Virus record (IMG/VR): IMGVR_UViG_3300042892_003674
Reading direction: 5' to 3' (one strand)
DNA: 64,000 bases
DNA from: a virus
Lineage: Duplodnaviria; Heunggongvirae; Uroviricota; Caudoviricetes
Numbering within the stretch: the stretch's first letter is position 1; each line of letters begins with the position of its first letter. A model generated the notes under the pieces. It saw only the letters and a program-made list of their open reading frames with translations. It was not told the DNA's origin and searched no databases. Positions 1-9,996 of this stretch are shown here, piece after piece. The position numbers were made by a program, and so were the translations under genes.

Positions 1-2
1 AA

Positions 3-728
3 GAATTAAGTGGATGGTTTGATTCACCTAAAAACTTTAACGAGAAATGTCCTTTAACAGATTTGTATTACACAATGCAAAACTCTAAAAATGCAATCTT
101 GATTGAAAAATCAAAACAATTAAAATACTCTAAAAAATACTATTCTTATGTTTTAGTAGTTGAAGACGAACAACAACCAGAATTAGTTGGTAAAATCTTA
201 ATCTTCCAATACGGTAAAACTATTAAAGATAAAATCTCTGCTGAGAAAAATGGTGAAATCTCTGGTGTTCCTTGTAACGTATTTGATTTATCAGCTGGTA
301 AAGATTTCGTATTAGTTGTTAAAGAAATTCAAACAGGAGACGAAACTTACCCAGATTACAAAATGAGTATGTTCAAACCAGAGGCTACTTCTTTACCAAT
401 CTACTTTAAAGATAAAGCAGTTTTCAAAAACGCTCCACTTGTAGAAGGTAAAATTGATCCAAATGCACAAGGTAAAGTAAAAGAGTTTTTACTTGATAGA
501 ACTAATGAACTTGAAGATTTTGCTCCGAAACATTTAACTGACGAACAACAATCAAAAATCAGTGAAATTAGTAATTTCTTAACTGGTAAATCTTCTGCTT
601 CTTATCCAACAGCTCAACAAGCTAAGCCAGCTTCTGAAGATTTTGAATTTGAAGATAGTTTCACAAACACTTCAACAAGTGCAACTGCTACTACCGAGGA
701 CGAAGATGACTTCTTTAGTGACTTGTAA
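3..728 (+). CDS. ssDNA-binding protein, T4 gp32-like (5' partial)
   Basis: Frame is open to the window edge. KILIFQYGKTIKDKI, CNVFDL..GKDF and YPDY..S.F motifs; acidic tail EDEDDDFFSDL. Confidence 0.8.
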   Translation, partial: ELSGWFDSPKNFNEKCPLTDLYYTMQNSKNAILIEKSKQLKYSKKYYSYVLVVEDEQQPELVGKILIFQYGKTIKDKISAEKNGEISGVPCNVFDLSAGKDFVLVVKEIQTGDETYPDYKMSMFKPEATSLPIYFKDKAVFKNAPLVEGKIDPNAQGKVKEFLLDRTNELEDFAPKHLTDEQQSKISEISNFLTGKSSASYPTAQQAKPASEDFEFEDSFTNTSTSATATTEDEDDFFSDL

Positions 729-749
729 ATCAAGTAGTTATTATTTAAT

Positions 750-778
750 AAAAATCCCTATTTATAGGGATTTTTTTA
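750..778 (+). terminator. intrinsic terminator
   Basis: AAAAATCCCTAT-TT-ATAGGGATTTTTTT. Confidence 0.85.
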
Positions 779-854
779 TTGGATATAATCAGAACTTTTA
801 ATAATTATTTAATATAATCTATTAAGGAAGACTGAAAAAAAATATAAATAAACT

Positions 855-1784
855 ATGAGTTTAGCAAATAAAAGTTTTAAAAATAACTTAACCGGTGAAA
901 TAGTAACCGTTATTGATTCATTTGAAAACATTGCAATTTTGGAAAATAAACAAAAATTAAATGTTAGTCAGCTTATGAATACTGCACTATATACAGAAGA
1001 AATCGATCCAATGAGTTTCTTTAATAATCAAGGAGCTTATAATATATTAGCTGAAAAGATTAAGAGTATACCACAAGATCAAATAGGTGATGATGATGGT
1101 GAGATCAATGTTTCTGGTGTAAACCGAATTGATATACCAAGAGGTATCGATCAAGAGGAATCTCTTATTACAATGTCATCTGAAGAAGATGAGAAAGCAG
1201 CTCTAGCAGCTAAGTACGGTATTGTAAATCCACCAGTAGAATCTTTACAAAGACAAAATGAAGCATTCGCAAAGATATTAGGTGAAGAATCTGAAAGTGA
1301 GTTACCAAGAGTACCACAATATCAACAACCAGAACAGGAAGTTGTTCAACGTGTTGAAGTAAGTAGAGAAGAAATGGTTGAGTATGTTCAACCAGTTCAA
1401 AGAGTAGAAGTTGAAGATCCTATTATTAAGATGTTTAAAGGAGTAAAAAGAATTGTTGAATTTAATATAAGTTTAGATATTAAAAATAAAATTCCTCGTT
1501 TAGATTTTATAGAAATGATGGAAGATTCTTATGAAACAAGTATCATTGATTTCTTGGCGGATGAGTTTACAAATGAATTATTAAAAAATCCTGATACTAT
1601 TAAAGGTATGATTAAAAGTAAAATCAAAACATTGGTTTATGGAGAAGATAAAGTTGAATCATTTCCAACACCAATAAATGATCAGATTACAGATGCAGTT
1701 ACACAAGTTGCAGAAAATCCGGTTAAGGTTACTAAACCCAGAGCACCGAGAAAGCCACGTGCAAAAAAAGAAGAAGTTAAGTAA
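855..1784 (+). CDS. hypothetical protein
   Basis: 309 aa ORF, no recognisable motif. Confidence 0.75.
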   Translation: MSLANKSFKNNLTGEIVTVIDSFENIAILENKQKLNVSQLMNTALYTEEIDPMSFFNNQGAYNILAEKIKSIPQDQIGDDDGEINVSGVNRIDIPRGIDQEESLITMSSEEDEKAALAAKYGIVNPPVESLQRQNEAFAKILGEESESELPRVPQYQQPEQEVVQRVEVSREEMVEYVQPVQRVEVEDPIIKMFKGVKRIVEFNISLDIKNKIPRLDFIEMMEDSYETSIIDFLADEFTNELLKNPDTIKGMIKSKIKTLVYGEDKVESFPTPINDQITDAVTQVAENPVKVTKPRAPRKPRAKKEEVK

Positions 1785-2200
1785 TGGTAGATGAGGTATT
1801 TTTACAAAATGCAGTAAGAATTAGAAGAACTTATTTAAAGTTATCTAATAATATGGATCTTTATCAAAAGAAAGCTCAACAGGTTTCTGATAAATTAGAA
1901 GAAACACTTACTAAAATCGAAGAGATTGAGAAAGAAGCTAAGGAAAGTAGAAATTCAAAAAATGGTTCAAGTAATGGTATAGAGTATTTTTTAAATGAAC
2001 TAATGAAAGCACTACAGGAAGTAGATGATGATGGTAAATCATTAGAAAATTTAGTAAATCCTTTAAACAAAGAGATTGAAAAATTGGCATTAGAAGAACA
2101 AGAACTTTATAGAAAAATAAAAGAAAAACATTTTACTTTAACAGATGAACAGATAATTGAATCAGTTAGAGATAGATTAATTAAAGAAAACCTTTCATAA
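1784..2200 (+). CDS. hypothetical coiled-coil protein
   Basis: 138 aa, coupled to upstream ORF (TAATG), followed by terminator hairpin at about 2186-2217. Confidence 0.75.
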   Translation: MVDEVFLQNAVRIRRTYLKLSNNMDLYQKKAQQVSDKLEETLTKIEEIEKEAKESRNSKNGSSNGIEYFLNELMKALQEVDDDGKSLENLVNPLNKEIEKLALEEQELYRKIKEKHFTLTDEQIIESVRDRLIKENLS

Positions 2201-2250
2201 GAAAGGTTTTCTTTTTTAATATATACAATAAAATATTGTTTCTATAACAA

Positions 2251-4122
2251 ATGTCTAAGATTTCTAAATACATCAAGCTTGACAAAAATATTCTATTGGA
2301 GTATATCTATAATGATTCAAATCTAATATCTGAACCATATAGTATTTTAGTTAATTCTAAATATAAAACAAACGCTTATATGGCGAGTCCATCAAGTATA
2401 ACTGGTAATGATATAAATAATCAACTATTTAAACTTGATACTATATCTGGAAGATATGGTAAAATAAATACTAATAACTATTCATTTTTACAAGTAAAAG
2501 ATTATACATCAGGTAATCCATTAAGACATGATACTTTAAAAGTTCACTTACCAATAAATTGGACTTTCGGAGAATATTTAGGATTCTATGTAAAAGTTTA
2601 TGCACATGATTATACAAATAGTAAAATATATGATTTATCAAATTTTTACTTTGATATGACTTCTATAGAACAACAATATTTACTAAACTTTACATCACCA
2701 CCACTATTGTTTCAAGAAAAGTTATGGGGTAAAAATATCACAATTGAGATTCCCGCATTGAGTGAACTATCTTCACAAATTTTAAATAGCAAGCCAAGAG
2801 AGAATAGTATAAACTATAATCTTACTGATAATATTGGTTTGAGCTCAACTGCACCAATATTTATTGATTTTCATTTTATAACTAATATACAAACAATAAA
2901 TAGTGTTACATCTTACTTATTAAGTGCAAATAACACAGTATCAATACCTCAATCACCAGAATTCGAGAGATTAGGATTAGTAATTCAACATTCATCTAAT
3001 GGAGATTTCTTTGAAATATATGGTGTTTATAATGATACAATATTTGGATTTAAAAAGTTCATTGATGATTCATATACTTTAGATAGAAATTATTATGTTC
3101 AATATGATATTACAACTTATGAGCAAAATATTCGTGGAAAAACTACTACAATAACTGTAACAGATAATTTTAATGAGACTATAGAATATAGGCCTATAAT
3201 AAAATACTCTTCTACAACTGCTATAATTGATGTTGAGATGAGACTTATTGATAGTGTTGATGATAGTACAATTATTAGAAGAGCATCTTATGGTATGTTA
3301 CAGGATGAATTATCTAAATATGCAATAAACATGATGAAAATTAATGTTAAGAATGTTTCTAAACCAAAAATTTATAATATTAAGTCATCTATAAATACTA
3401 CTTTAATTGGTGGTTTAGGTAATGCAAATGGTTCATTAGTATTAGGTAATATTGGTGGTGGTATAAATAATGGTAATAGTAATACACAAGGTGTGAATAA
3501 TTTAAGTTCTCAAAATGGAGTAGTTATTGAGACTATTAAAGTTCCATTTCCAGTTTTAGTAGATAGATTTAATATCATTGCTAAATCTGATAATGCACTT
3601 TTCAATAATACTATATTTTATGGTTTTGGTAAAATTCAAATTTTACTTTATCCATTTGATAATGTTATTAAATTCTCGATTGCAACTGGACCAGAAACTA
3701 AACCAGATTATTTTAATATGACCGGAATAAGTGAGATTAGTTTAGTTATAAAGAATGATCAAAATCAGATTACATTTCCATTATTTACAGAATCCGGAGA
3801 TATTAACTTAGCAATAGGACAAGTGGTATTTAAAGTAACTCAAAATAGATTTGCAGAGATTAAAAAGATATATGATGGTGGTATAAATATATTTTATATT
3901 ACAGGTAAGAGTCAATCTACTACCTCAGTAGTGTATACAGGTTTATTTAAAATATATGATAGTAGATCAAATGTAAATGCGTTAAATGATCAAGCTGCTA
4001 ATATGCAGGCAAATAACCCAAGTATTATTTTAGATCCAAATACAACTAAGGAAACTGCCATAGTAACAAGAAAACTAATAAACGAACAAGCTCCTATTAT
4101 AAAACCAGGTGCAACATCATAA
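2251..4122 (+). CDS. probable virion structural protein
   Basis: 623 aa, beta-rich N/T/I/S composition, TAATATATA box upstream, next to tail-tube-like gene. Confidence 0.5.
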   Translation: MSKISKYIKLDKNILLEYIYNDSNLISEPYSILVNSKYKTNAYMASPSSITGNDINNQLFKLDTISGRYGKINTNNYSFLQVKDYTSGNPLRHDTLKVHLPINWTFGEYLGFYVKVYAHDYTNSKIYDLSNFYFDMTSIEQQYLLNFTSPPLLFQEKLWGKNITIEIPALSELSSQILNSKPRENSINYNLTDNIGLSSTAPIFIDFHFITNIQTINSVTSYLLSANNTVSIPQSPEFERLGLVIQHSSNGDFFEIYGVYNDTIFGFKKFIDDSYTLDRNYYVQYDITTYEQNIRGKTTTITVTDNFNETIEYRPIIKYSSTTAIIDVEMRLIDSVDDSTIIRRASYGMLQDELSKYAINMMKINVKNVSKPKIYNIKSSINTTLIGGLGNANGSLVLGNIGGGINNGNSNTQGVNNLSSQNGVVIETIKVPFPVLVDRFNIIAKSDNALFNNTIFYGFGKIQILLYPFDNVIKFSIATGPETKPDYFNMTGISEISLVIKNDQNQITFPLFTESGDINLAIGQVVFKVTQNRFAEIKKIYDGGINIFYITGKSQSTTSVVYTGLFKIYDSRSNVNALNDQAANMQANNPSIILDPNTTKETAIVTRKLINEQAPIIKPGATS

Positions 4123-4137
4123 AAATAATAGTAAGAA

Positions 4138-4737
4138 ATGAGATTATCCAGTCAGGCCAGTCAGTTTATATTTAATCTACCTCAAGCTTTTTTAAAGCCG
4201 GAGATTATAGATACTTATACACCAATTCTTGAAAAGAATTGGGTTCAGTATGAGAATGTAATTGATTATTTGAATTCTACTATTAAGGGTGTGAATTTTC
4301 CGGGTATATCATTTGAATTAGTTAAACGTATTGAGGTTAGAGGTAAAGAAAGATACTTAAAACCTGCAAAGAATATTCAAGATATACCAACCACACACGA
4401 CTTAACTGTTACATTTAGATCAGTTGATTCTGATCTAAACTACTGGTTGATGTTTGATATTATGAGTAAACATTATTTAGATACTGATAATGCCTTCTTA
4501 GAACCATTTACAATTACTTGTGTTGATATACATAGAGATGCAATTTATATAATTCGTTTTTATGAGATAATACTTAAATCTTTATCTGATAATACTTTCA
4601 ACTACTCACAACAAAAAGTTAATGCGAAAGAATTTACAATTACTTTTCACTTTAACTTTTATGATATTGAGTTCTTACTTAATCAAAGTAAGGTACTTGA
4701 ATTGGGTAATGTACCTCAAATTATTCAAATTATTTAA
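4138..4737 (+). CDS. tail tube / tail completion-like protein (T4 gp19/gp3 fold)
   Basis: Pattern GVNFPGISF...DLTVTF..VD...W...F.ITFHFN typical of tube-fold proteins. Confidence 0.45.
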   Translation: MRLSSQASQFIFNLPQAFLKPEIIDTYTPILEKNWVQYENVIDYLNSTIKGVNFPGISFELVKRIEVRGKERYLKPAKNIQDIPTTHDLTVTFRSVDSDLNYWLMFDIMSKHYLDTDNAFLEPFTITCVDIHRDAIYIIRFYEIILKSLSDNTFNYSQQKVNAKEFTITFHFNFYDIEFLLNQSKVLELGNVPQIIQII

Positions 4738-4921
4738 AGATATTTTCAATCTTTATCTTTCTTCTATTTCTCTTACTAAAAAGTTCATTTAGTATTTGAT
4801 TATCTATTGATTTTGTTAGTTCGTCTGCCAACATTTGTGTCATTGTATCTACTATATCTATACCATATGATTCTCCTAAAGGTTGTTCATAAATCTCACC
4901 ACCTGCTCCTGTTTTTTTCAT
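4730..4921 (-). CDS. small protein resembling a major-capsid helix, with C-terminal RxxKIxxIF motif
   Basis: GIDIVDTMTQMLADELTKSIDNQILNELF followed by RKIKIENIFK. Confidence 0.5.
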   Translation of the reverse strand: MKKTGAGGEIYEQPLGESYGIDIVDTMTQMLADELTKSIDNQILNELFSKRNRRKIKIENIFK

Positions 4922-4924
4922 CTA

Positions 4925-5575
4925 TTATTTATATATTCTATCTGGTAATAATGCGTATGAACTACATTGAAATTCTTTGTATATACATGAATTACCTAGT
5001 ATTAGGTTTTGATTTACGGTCTCGGGGTTCCAACTTCTCTCAACAGTTTCAAAAAAGTCTTCAAACTTTTCAATATTTATTGACTTCATTATATAGTCAA
5101 ATCTACCAAATAAAAAGTTATCATTTATACCAGCACCTCTACTTGGCCAATATATTTCAGGTAGATAGCAAATATCATCATTTATTATAAAATCAAAGTC
5201 AGTATTAAATAATACATCACAACGTGATTTTGCTAAGTATTGATATTCACTACTTAGATTATTATCTTTTATATATTTAACTATTAAAAAATTATGAAAA
5301 AATTGTGCATAGTGTCCAATTCTCATATGATCCCTACCTTCACAACTTTTTGCTTGTAGTGTATAAGGAAATCCGATTTCTTTAACAGATTCTACTGTTG
5401 GATCAGGTGTTTTTATAATATACTTAAATTTATCAGTATCAATATATTGACTATCCCAAGTTGATATTAGAAAGTCTATATCATAATTAGGTAATAATCT
5501 TTTATAATTTTCTATAATTTCATCTATATTATTATTCCTATATAATCCCCAAAAACATAATAGTAGTTTATTCAT
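4925..5575 (-). CDS. putative glycosyltransferase / polysaccharide modification protein (WavE-like)
   Basis: LISTWD, KSRCDVLF and INDNFLFG motifs; lies in glycan operon. Confidence 0.5.
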   Translation of the reverse strand: MNKLLLCFWGLYRNNNIDEIIENYKRLLPNYDIDFLISTWDSQYIDTDKFKYIIKTPDPTVESVKEIGFPYTLQAKSCEGRDHMRIGHYAQFFHNFLIVKYIKDNNLSSEYQYLAKSRCDVLFNTDFDFIINDDICYLPEIYWPSRGAGINDNFLFGRFDYIMKSINIEKFEDFFETVERSWNPETVNQNLILGNSCIYKEFQCSSYALLPDRIYK

Positions 5576-5584
5576 AACTTTTAT

Positions 5585-7138
5585 TTATTTTTTATTGAAA
5601 AATTCTTTCCAATAATTATATGTTTTATAGTCATCTGGTGTGCCCCAACATATATAATTTTCAACCTCAAATACTTTAACTTTTAACCCAGATTTTATAT
5701 TTTGATTTAAAACATCATCCACATAAAACTCATTATTAGATCTTATATTCTCTTCGTAGTTTTTCTTTAAACCATCAATAAAATATCTAGCTTTTCTAAA
5801 GAACATAGTTCCTATTATAGCGTGTGTTTTTAATGGATCATCGTATATAAACTTTTTACAAGAAACATGTTTTATCATATCATTATCATCTACATCTAAC
5901 CAAGCATACATATCTGGGTTTATTTTACTTGTTTGATTATTTCTAAAAGACCAAACTATAATATCATTAGACTCATCATTTACCAACTCTAGATATTTTT
6001 CGGTATCATAGTAAACCCCATTATCACATGCAGATATTAGTATTGGTTTATCTAAATCTAAATTACTATAATCAATACCAAGTTCACAAGTACAAGCTTG
6101 ACCCTCAGTAGTCATACTAATAGGTAGTATATCACAACCACTATAAAAACTAGATAATGTTTCATCTAATTTATATTTATCTATGTGTTCTCCTAGACAA
6201 ATAAATGTATTATTATCACATTGTGGAAGACATTTAACTGCTTTTATAATCATTGGTAATCCATCAACATCGATTAAAGGTTTAGGTAATTCGTATCCAC
6301 ACTCAGAAAATCTACTACCTCTACCAGCCATTGGTAGTACTAATGTTACATCATCATTGTGTTTTATAGTAGGTAGTTCAGGTTTTGAGAAGTAATTAGA
6401 CCAACCTTTGTATATTTCTAAATCATATGGTGTACCCCATTGTAACATATTCTCAATTTCAAATATATTCACTTTTAAACCATCTCTAACTAATAGATTA
6501 TAAACAAGACTCACATAATATTCACCTTTTAAATTTATATCTAGATCTATTAGCTCTTTAAAGTATTTCTTAACCATTTTACCTGATTTAAAATAGTATG
6601 TTCCGTTTGAGGCATACTCATTCATTTTATTATCAGTAAATGGTTCTTTTTCTTTTATTTCCAAAAGAATATTATTTCTCTCTTTACAAAAGGCATAGTT
6701 ATCACTACCTAACATATGTGGATGAAACCCAGTATAACAAGGTATCGCACCGTCAAAGTCTTTAACAATTTCTAGGAATTTATCAAAGTTCCAATATGTA
6801 CCGTAGTCACAATAACTAATAATAACTTCTGAATCATCATTTATGTATTCTGAAATTTGATTTACTGCATCTACTGGTCCTTTTCTATTCTCACTTGGTA
6901 CTTCATAAATTTTACAATTAGGTACTATAGATTTTAGAATATCTCTCATTTTAGTATCTCTAAGATGTATCTCATTACATATAAATGTAACGTCAGTTAC
7001 ACCTGGGAATAGATCTACAACGTGTTTAATTATTGGTTGACCATCTACCTCAATTAAAGGTTTTGGGTCTTTATAACCGGCATCTATAAATCGTTTACCT
7101 ATACCAGACATTGGTATTATTAGTTGTATGTTATTCAT
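5585..7138 (-). CDS. tandem two-domain sugar nucleotidyltransferase
   Basis: Two NTP_transferase signatures: IPMSGIGKRF...PKPLIEV and LPMAGRGSRF...PKPLIDV; WGTP ends each domain. Confidence 0.85.
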   Translation of the reverse strand: MNNIQLIIPMSGIGKRFIDAGYKDPKPLIEVDGQPIIKHVVDLFPGVTDVTFICNEIHLRDTKMRDILKSIVPNCKIYEVPSENRKGPVDAVNQISEYINDDSEVIISYCDYGTYWNFDKFLEIVKDFDGAIPCYTGFHPHMLGSDNYAFCKERNNILLEIKEKEPFTDNKMNEYASNGTYYFKSGKMVKKYFKELIDLDINLKGEYYVSLVYNLLVRDGLKVNIFEIENMLQWGTPYDLEIYKGWSNYFSKPELPTIKHNDDVTLVLPMAGRGSRFSECGYELPKPLIDVDGLPMIIKAVKCLPQCDNNTFICLGEHIDKYKLDETLSSFYSGCDILPISMTTEGQACTCELGIDYSNLDLDKPILISACDNGVYYDTEKYLELVNDESNDIIVWSFRNNQTSKINPDMYAWLDVDDNDMIKHVSCKKFIYDDPLKTHAIIGTMFFRKARYFIDGLKKNYEENIRSNNEFYVDDVLNQNIKSGLKVKVFEVENYICWGTPDDYKTYNYWKEFFNKK

Positions 7139-7601
7139 TTAGATTCTTTTGTTTTAAAATATCTATAAAGTCTGTACAGATAGCATAAACTGTATTATTA
7201 CTATTATAATTTTCTATAGATTTCTCATCAAGAAGTGGTATTATACAAGTTTCGTCTAAATTCAAGTCTAAATTATGAACCCATATATGATTTGTACTAG
7301 TTAGAACAAAATCATCACTTGAATGACAGAAGTATTTTATACCACAGTTCATTCTTTTAAATTCCTGTGCAGAATAAAGATCTTTACAATGAAACCAAAT
7401 ATTATCTTTTCTACTTGTAATCCATTCCTTTGTTATTATTGTATCTGGAGTATCATGTCCTAGATAAAACTTATTATCAATATATCTAATATCAACTTCT
7501 ACATCATAACCCATTGATAATGTGGTATCTATATATGATGGTTTATTTTCTCTTTCTGGGTAAATGCCATTATAATTACCTCTATGTGAAATTATTCTCA
7601 T
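7131..7601 (-). CDS. glycerophosphodiester phosphodiesterase-like protein
   Basis: ISHRGN...EN....I...GYDVEVDI...LGHD...ICTD. Confidence 0.75.
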   Translation of the reverse strand: MRIISHRGNYNGIYPERENKPSYIDTTLSMGYDVEVDIRYIDNKFYLGHDTPDTIITKEWITSRKDNIWFHCKDLYSAQEFKRMNCGIKYFCHSSDDFVLTSTNHIWVHNLDLNLDETCIIPLLDEKSIENYNSNNTVYAICTDFIDILKQKNLNE

Positions 7602-7900
7602 ATTTCTTCAATTCTCATATTTTTATCATCTATGAATAAATCATAGTATGGTTTGTCAACTCGTAGTTCATGATGTTTAGCACCCCATTCATTTAGTTGT
7701 GCTTTTGTCAGATCATACCAATTAATATTTGTTCTACTTCCTCTTGCAGTCCAGTAAACAATAGTGTTTCCTTCATCATAAAGTTTGTTAATCTTCTCAA
7801 TATTTTCTAATATTGGTTTTGCATTACTATAAACTCTTGGTTTATCAGGTGTCTCACAGATTGTTTCATCTATATCAACATATATAACTTTTTTTCTCAT
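7598..7900 (-). CDS. HAD-family phosphatase (capsule-biosynthesis type)
   Basis: VDIDETIC, WTARG and KPYYDLFIDDK motifs. Confidence 0.8.
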   Translation of the reverse strand: MRKKVIYVDIDETICETPDKPRVYSNAKPILENIEKINKLYDEGNTIVYWTARGSRTNINWYDLTKAQLNEWGAKHHELRVDKPYYDLFIDDKNMRIEEI

Positions 7901-8562
7901 TTCAGTAATTCTTGTCTATATTTTTCTTTTATATCATTTACCAAATCATTAGTTTCAATATCTGATAGAAATTTAATATCTCCTAATAGTATAGCACCTA
8001 GAAATATTTTGGCTGACTTCTCACATATTTCACTTATGATGACACATTCATCAATTGTTTTTCCACAAGCAATGATTCCATGATTTTCTAGTAATATTAG
8101 CTTTGGGAAGTAACCTTCCTCATCAATGAATTTATTAACATATTCTTCGATTATTTTAGTCAATTCTTCTCCTGGTTTAGCATAGGGAACTAAACATGAC
8201 TTTTCACCATTAAAAATAACTTGATCAGGGAATAATCTATTATTTGAAAATAGATTACTATATTTAGAACATAATATTTTAACTGTATTGGTAGGATGTG
8301 TATGAGATATATAATTTATATTATCAAATTTTAGTAGTAGAGTATGGAATCCTAATTCCATACTACCACGTTTACTAAAATTTGATAACTGGTTACCATC
8401 TAAGTCAAATTTAACTAAACTATTTTTAGATAGTTCACTAAGTCTTTGACCACTTGCCTTAATTAGTAATCCATCTTCAATCTTTCCAGATATATTACCT
8501 TCCATTCCAACACAATACTTTGATATTTTTTTGGATAATTTTATTAATTGTTTTTCTATCAT
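7897..8562 (-). CDS. class II aldolase/epimerase family protein
   Basis: EGNIS, IKASG, SMELGFH, SHTHP and LENHG motifs. Confidence 0.85.
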   Translation of the reverse strand: MIEKQLIKLSKKISKYCVGMEGNISGKIEDGLLIKASGQRLSELSKNSLVKFDLDGNQLSNFSKRGSMELGFHTLLLKFDNINYISHTHPTNTVKILCSKYSNLFSNNRLFPDQVIFNGEKSCLVPYAKPGEELTKIIEEYVNKFIDEEGYFPKLILLENHGIIACGKTIDECVIISEICEKSAKIFLGAILLGDIKFLSDIETNDLVNDIKEKYRQELLK

Positions 8563-8573
8563 AAATACTTTAT

Positions 8574-9995
8574 TTATTTTTTAATATTTAGTAAGATAAA
8601 AACAATATAGTCATAATAATTATTATTTAACATGTTTAATTTTAGATTATGTTCTTGATATGAGTCAAAAACTAGTATATTAAAGTTATCATTATTATAC
8701 TTTTTAAATTTAATATTTTGTTCGTCAAGATATCTTATTACTTCTATTATACTAATACTCCTATTTACTAATACTTTTAACTTTATATCAATTGGATCGA
8801 TATCATTTGAAATTTCTTCAATATCTGTAAAAAAGTTTATTACAACATCCGATATATCTCTTTGAGGTTCAATATATTTTAAATAGTCAATTTTTCTATC
8901 TTCGATTTGTTTTATTATCTTTTCTCTTGAATATCCTCTTTTTGCAATATCTCTTTTTATTTTCCAAGTATATTTTAGTACATTATCCGTATCAACAAAT
9001 ATTTTAATATTAAATATATTTTTATCATCGTTATACAGTGAGTGTAATCCACATACAATAATATTATCCGAACTATCAATTTTTTCTTGTTCTGTAAATC
9101 TACCACTACTATGATCATAATCAACTTGATAAATAGACTTTCCAATTTTTAAATTAAAAATATCATCATTCATTTTAGTTATATAGTTAGCATCTGGATT
9201 TAAGTGTGTAAAATCCTGCCAATTATCATGACCTCTTTCCCATTTATGGTATCTATCACATTCTAACATAAAAGAGTTTGAGAAGTATTTTTTTAATATA
9301 TTACCAAGTGTTGTTTTACCACTACCAGAGTCTCCTGCAATAGCGAAAACATTACACATTGATAATATAATATTATAGTCAATATCACATAATTGACGTT
9401 CAATGTTATTATTTTTAAGATAGTGATAAAGTAAGGTCTCTGATGTATAACCATTTGTTATTATTAAGTCTCTAATACTTAAATAGAAGTCAAAGTATTT
9501 ATCCATTAGGTCTGAACTACCATAAGCAAATGTATCACAAATATAGGAGTCATTTATATTATCTAATTTACTTTTATCTATCTTACTATCTTTTGGTATA
9601 TATATCTTATCATTATTAAAATCTATATCAGATATAATATTTAGGTCAGGTCTATATTTAATAACCATATCATATTTACCAAATATGGTCTCATTTATCT
9701 TTTTTATTTGATTTAGTTTATAATACTTTATCCAAGTATTTAGTAAATCATTTTCTCTTTTATTGTTGGATATTTTTAGATTTGTTTCATGTGTTAGAAA
9801 TACTGGCTTTAGATTATCAGTGATAAATCTAATATCATTATTTATATTTAGATATTTATCATCACTTTCTTCATTATCAGTTATGTGTATATAAATATCA
9901 ACATTCTCAAATTTGTCTATTATTTTTTCTTGAAAATTACTCAAATTTATTTTAAATGTTCTTAGATATCCTGAGATTAAGACTGCTACTTTCAA
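8574..9995 (-). CDS. fusion of putative GT-like domain and phosphoribulokinase/uridine-kinase domain
   Basis: N-term AVLISGYLR...YRPD...DTFAYG; C-term IAGDSGSGKTT, CDRYHKW, GLH, RDIAKRGY. Confidence 0.8.
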   Translation of the reverse strand: MKVAVLISGYLRTFKINLSNFQEKIIDKFENVDIYIHITDNEESDDKYLNINNDIRFITDNLKPVFLTHETNLKISNNKRENDLLNTWIKYYKLNQIKKINETIFGKYDMVIKYRPDLNIISDIDFNNDKIYIPKDSKIDKSKLDNINDSYICDTFAYGSSDLMDKYFDFYLSIRDLIITNGYTSETLLYHYLKNNNIERQLCDIDYNIILSMCNVFAIAGDSGSGKTTLGNILKKYFSNSFMLECDRYHKWERGHDNWQDFTHLNPDANYITKMNDDIFNLKIGKSIYQVDYDHSSGRFTEQEKIDSSDNIIVCGLHSLYNDDKNIFNIKIFVDTDNVLKYTWKIKRDIAKRGYSREKIIKQIEDRKIDYLKYIEPQRDISDVVINFFTDIEEISNDIDPIDIKLKVLVNRSISIIEVIRYLDEQNIKFKKYNNDNFNILVFDSYQEHNLKLNMLNNNYYDYIVFILLNIKK

Positions 9996-9996
9996 A

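Noticed and set aside
2164-2200. C-terminus VRDRLIKENLS as a tenth member of the RDxxIxxIL family
   Set aside because: Lacks the second hydrophobic pair and overlaps a terminator; ambiguous.
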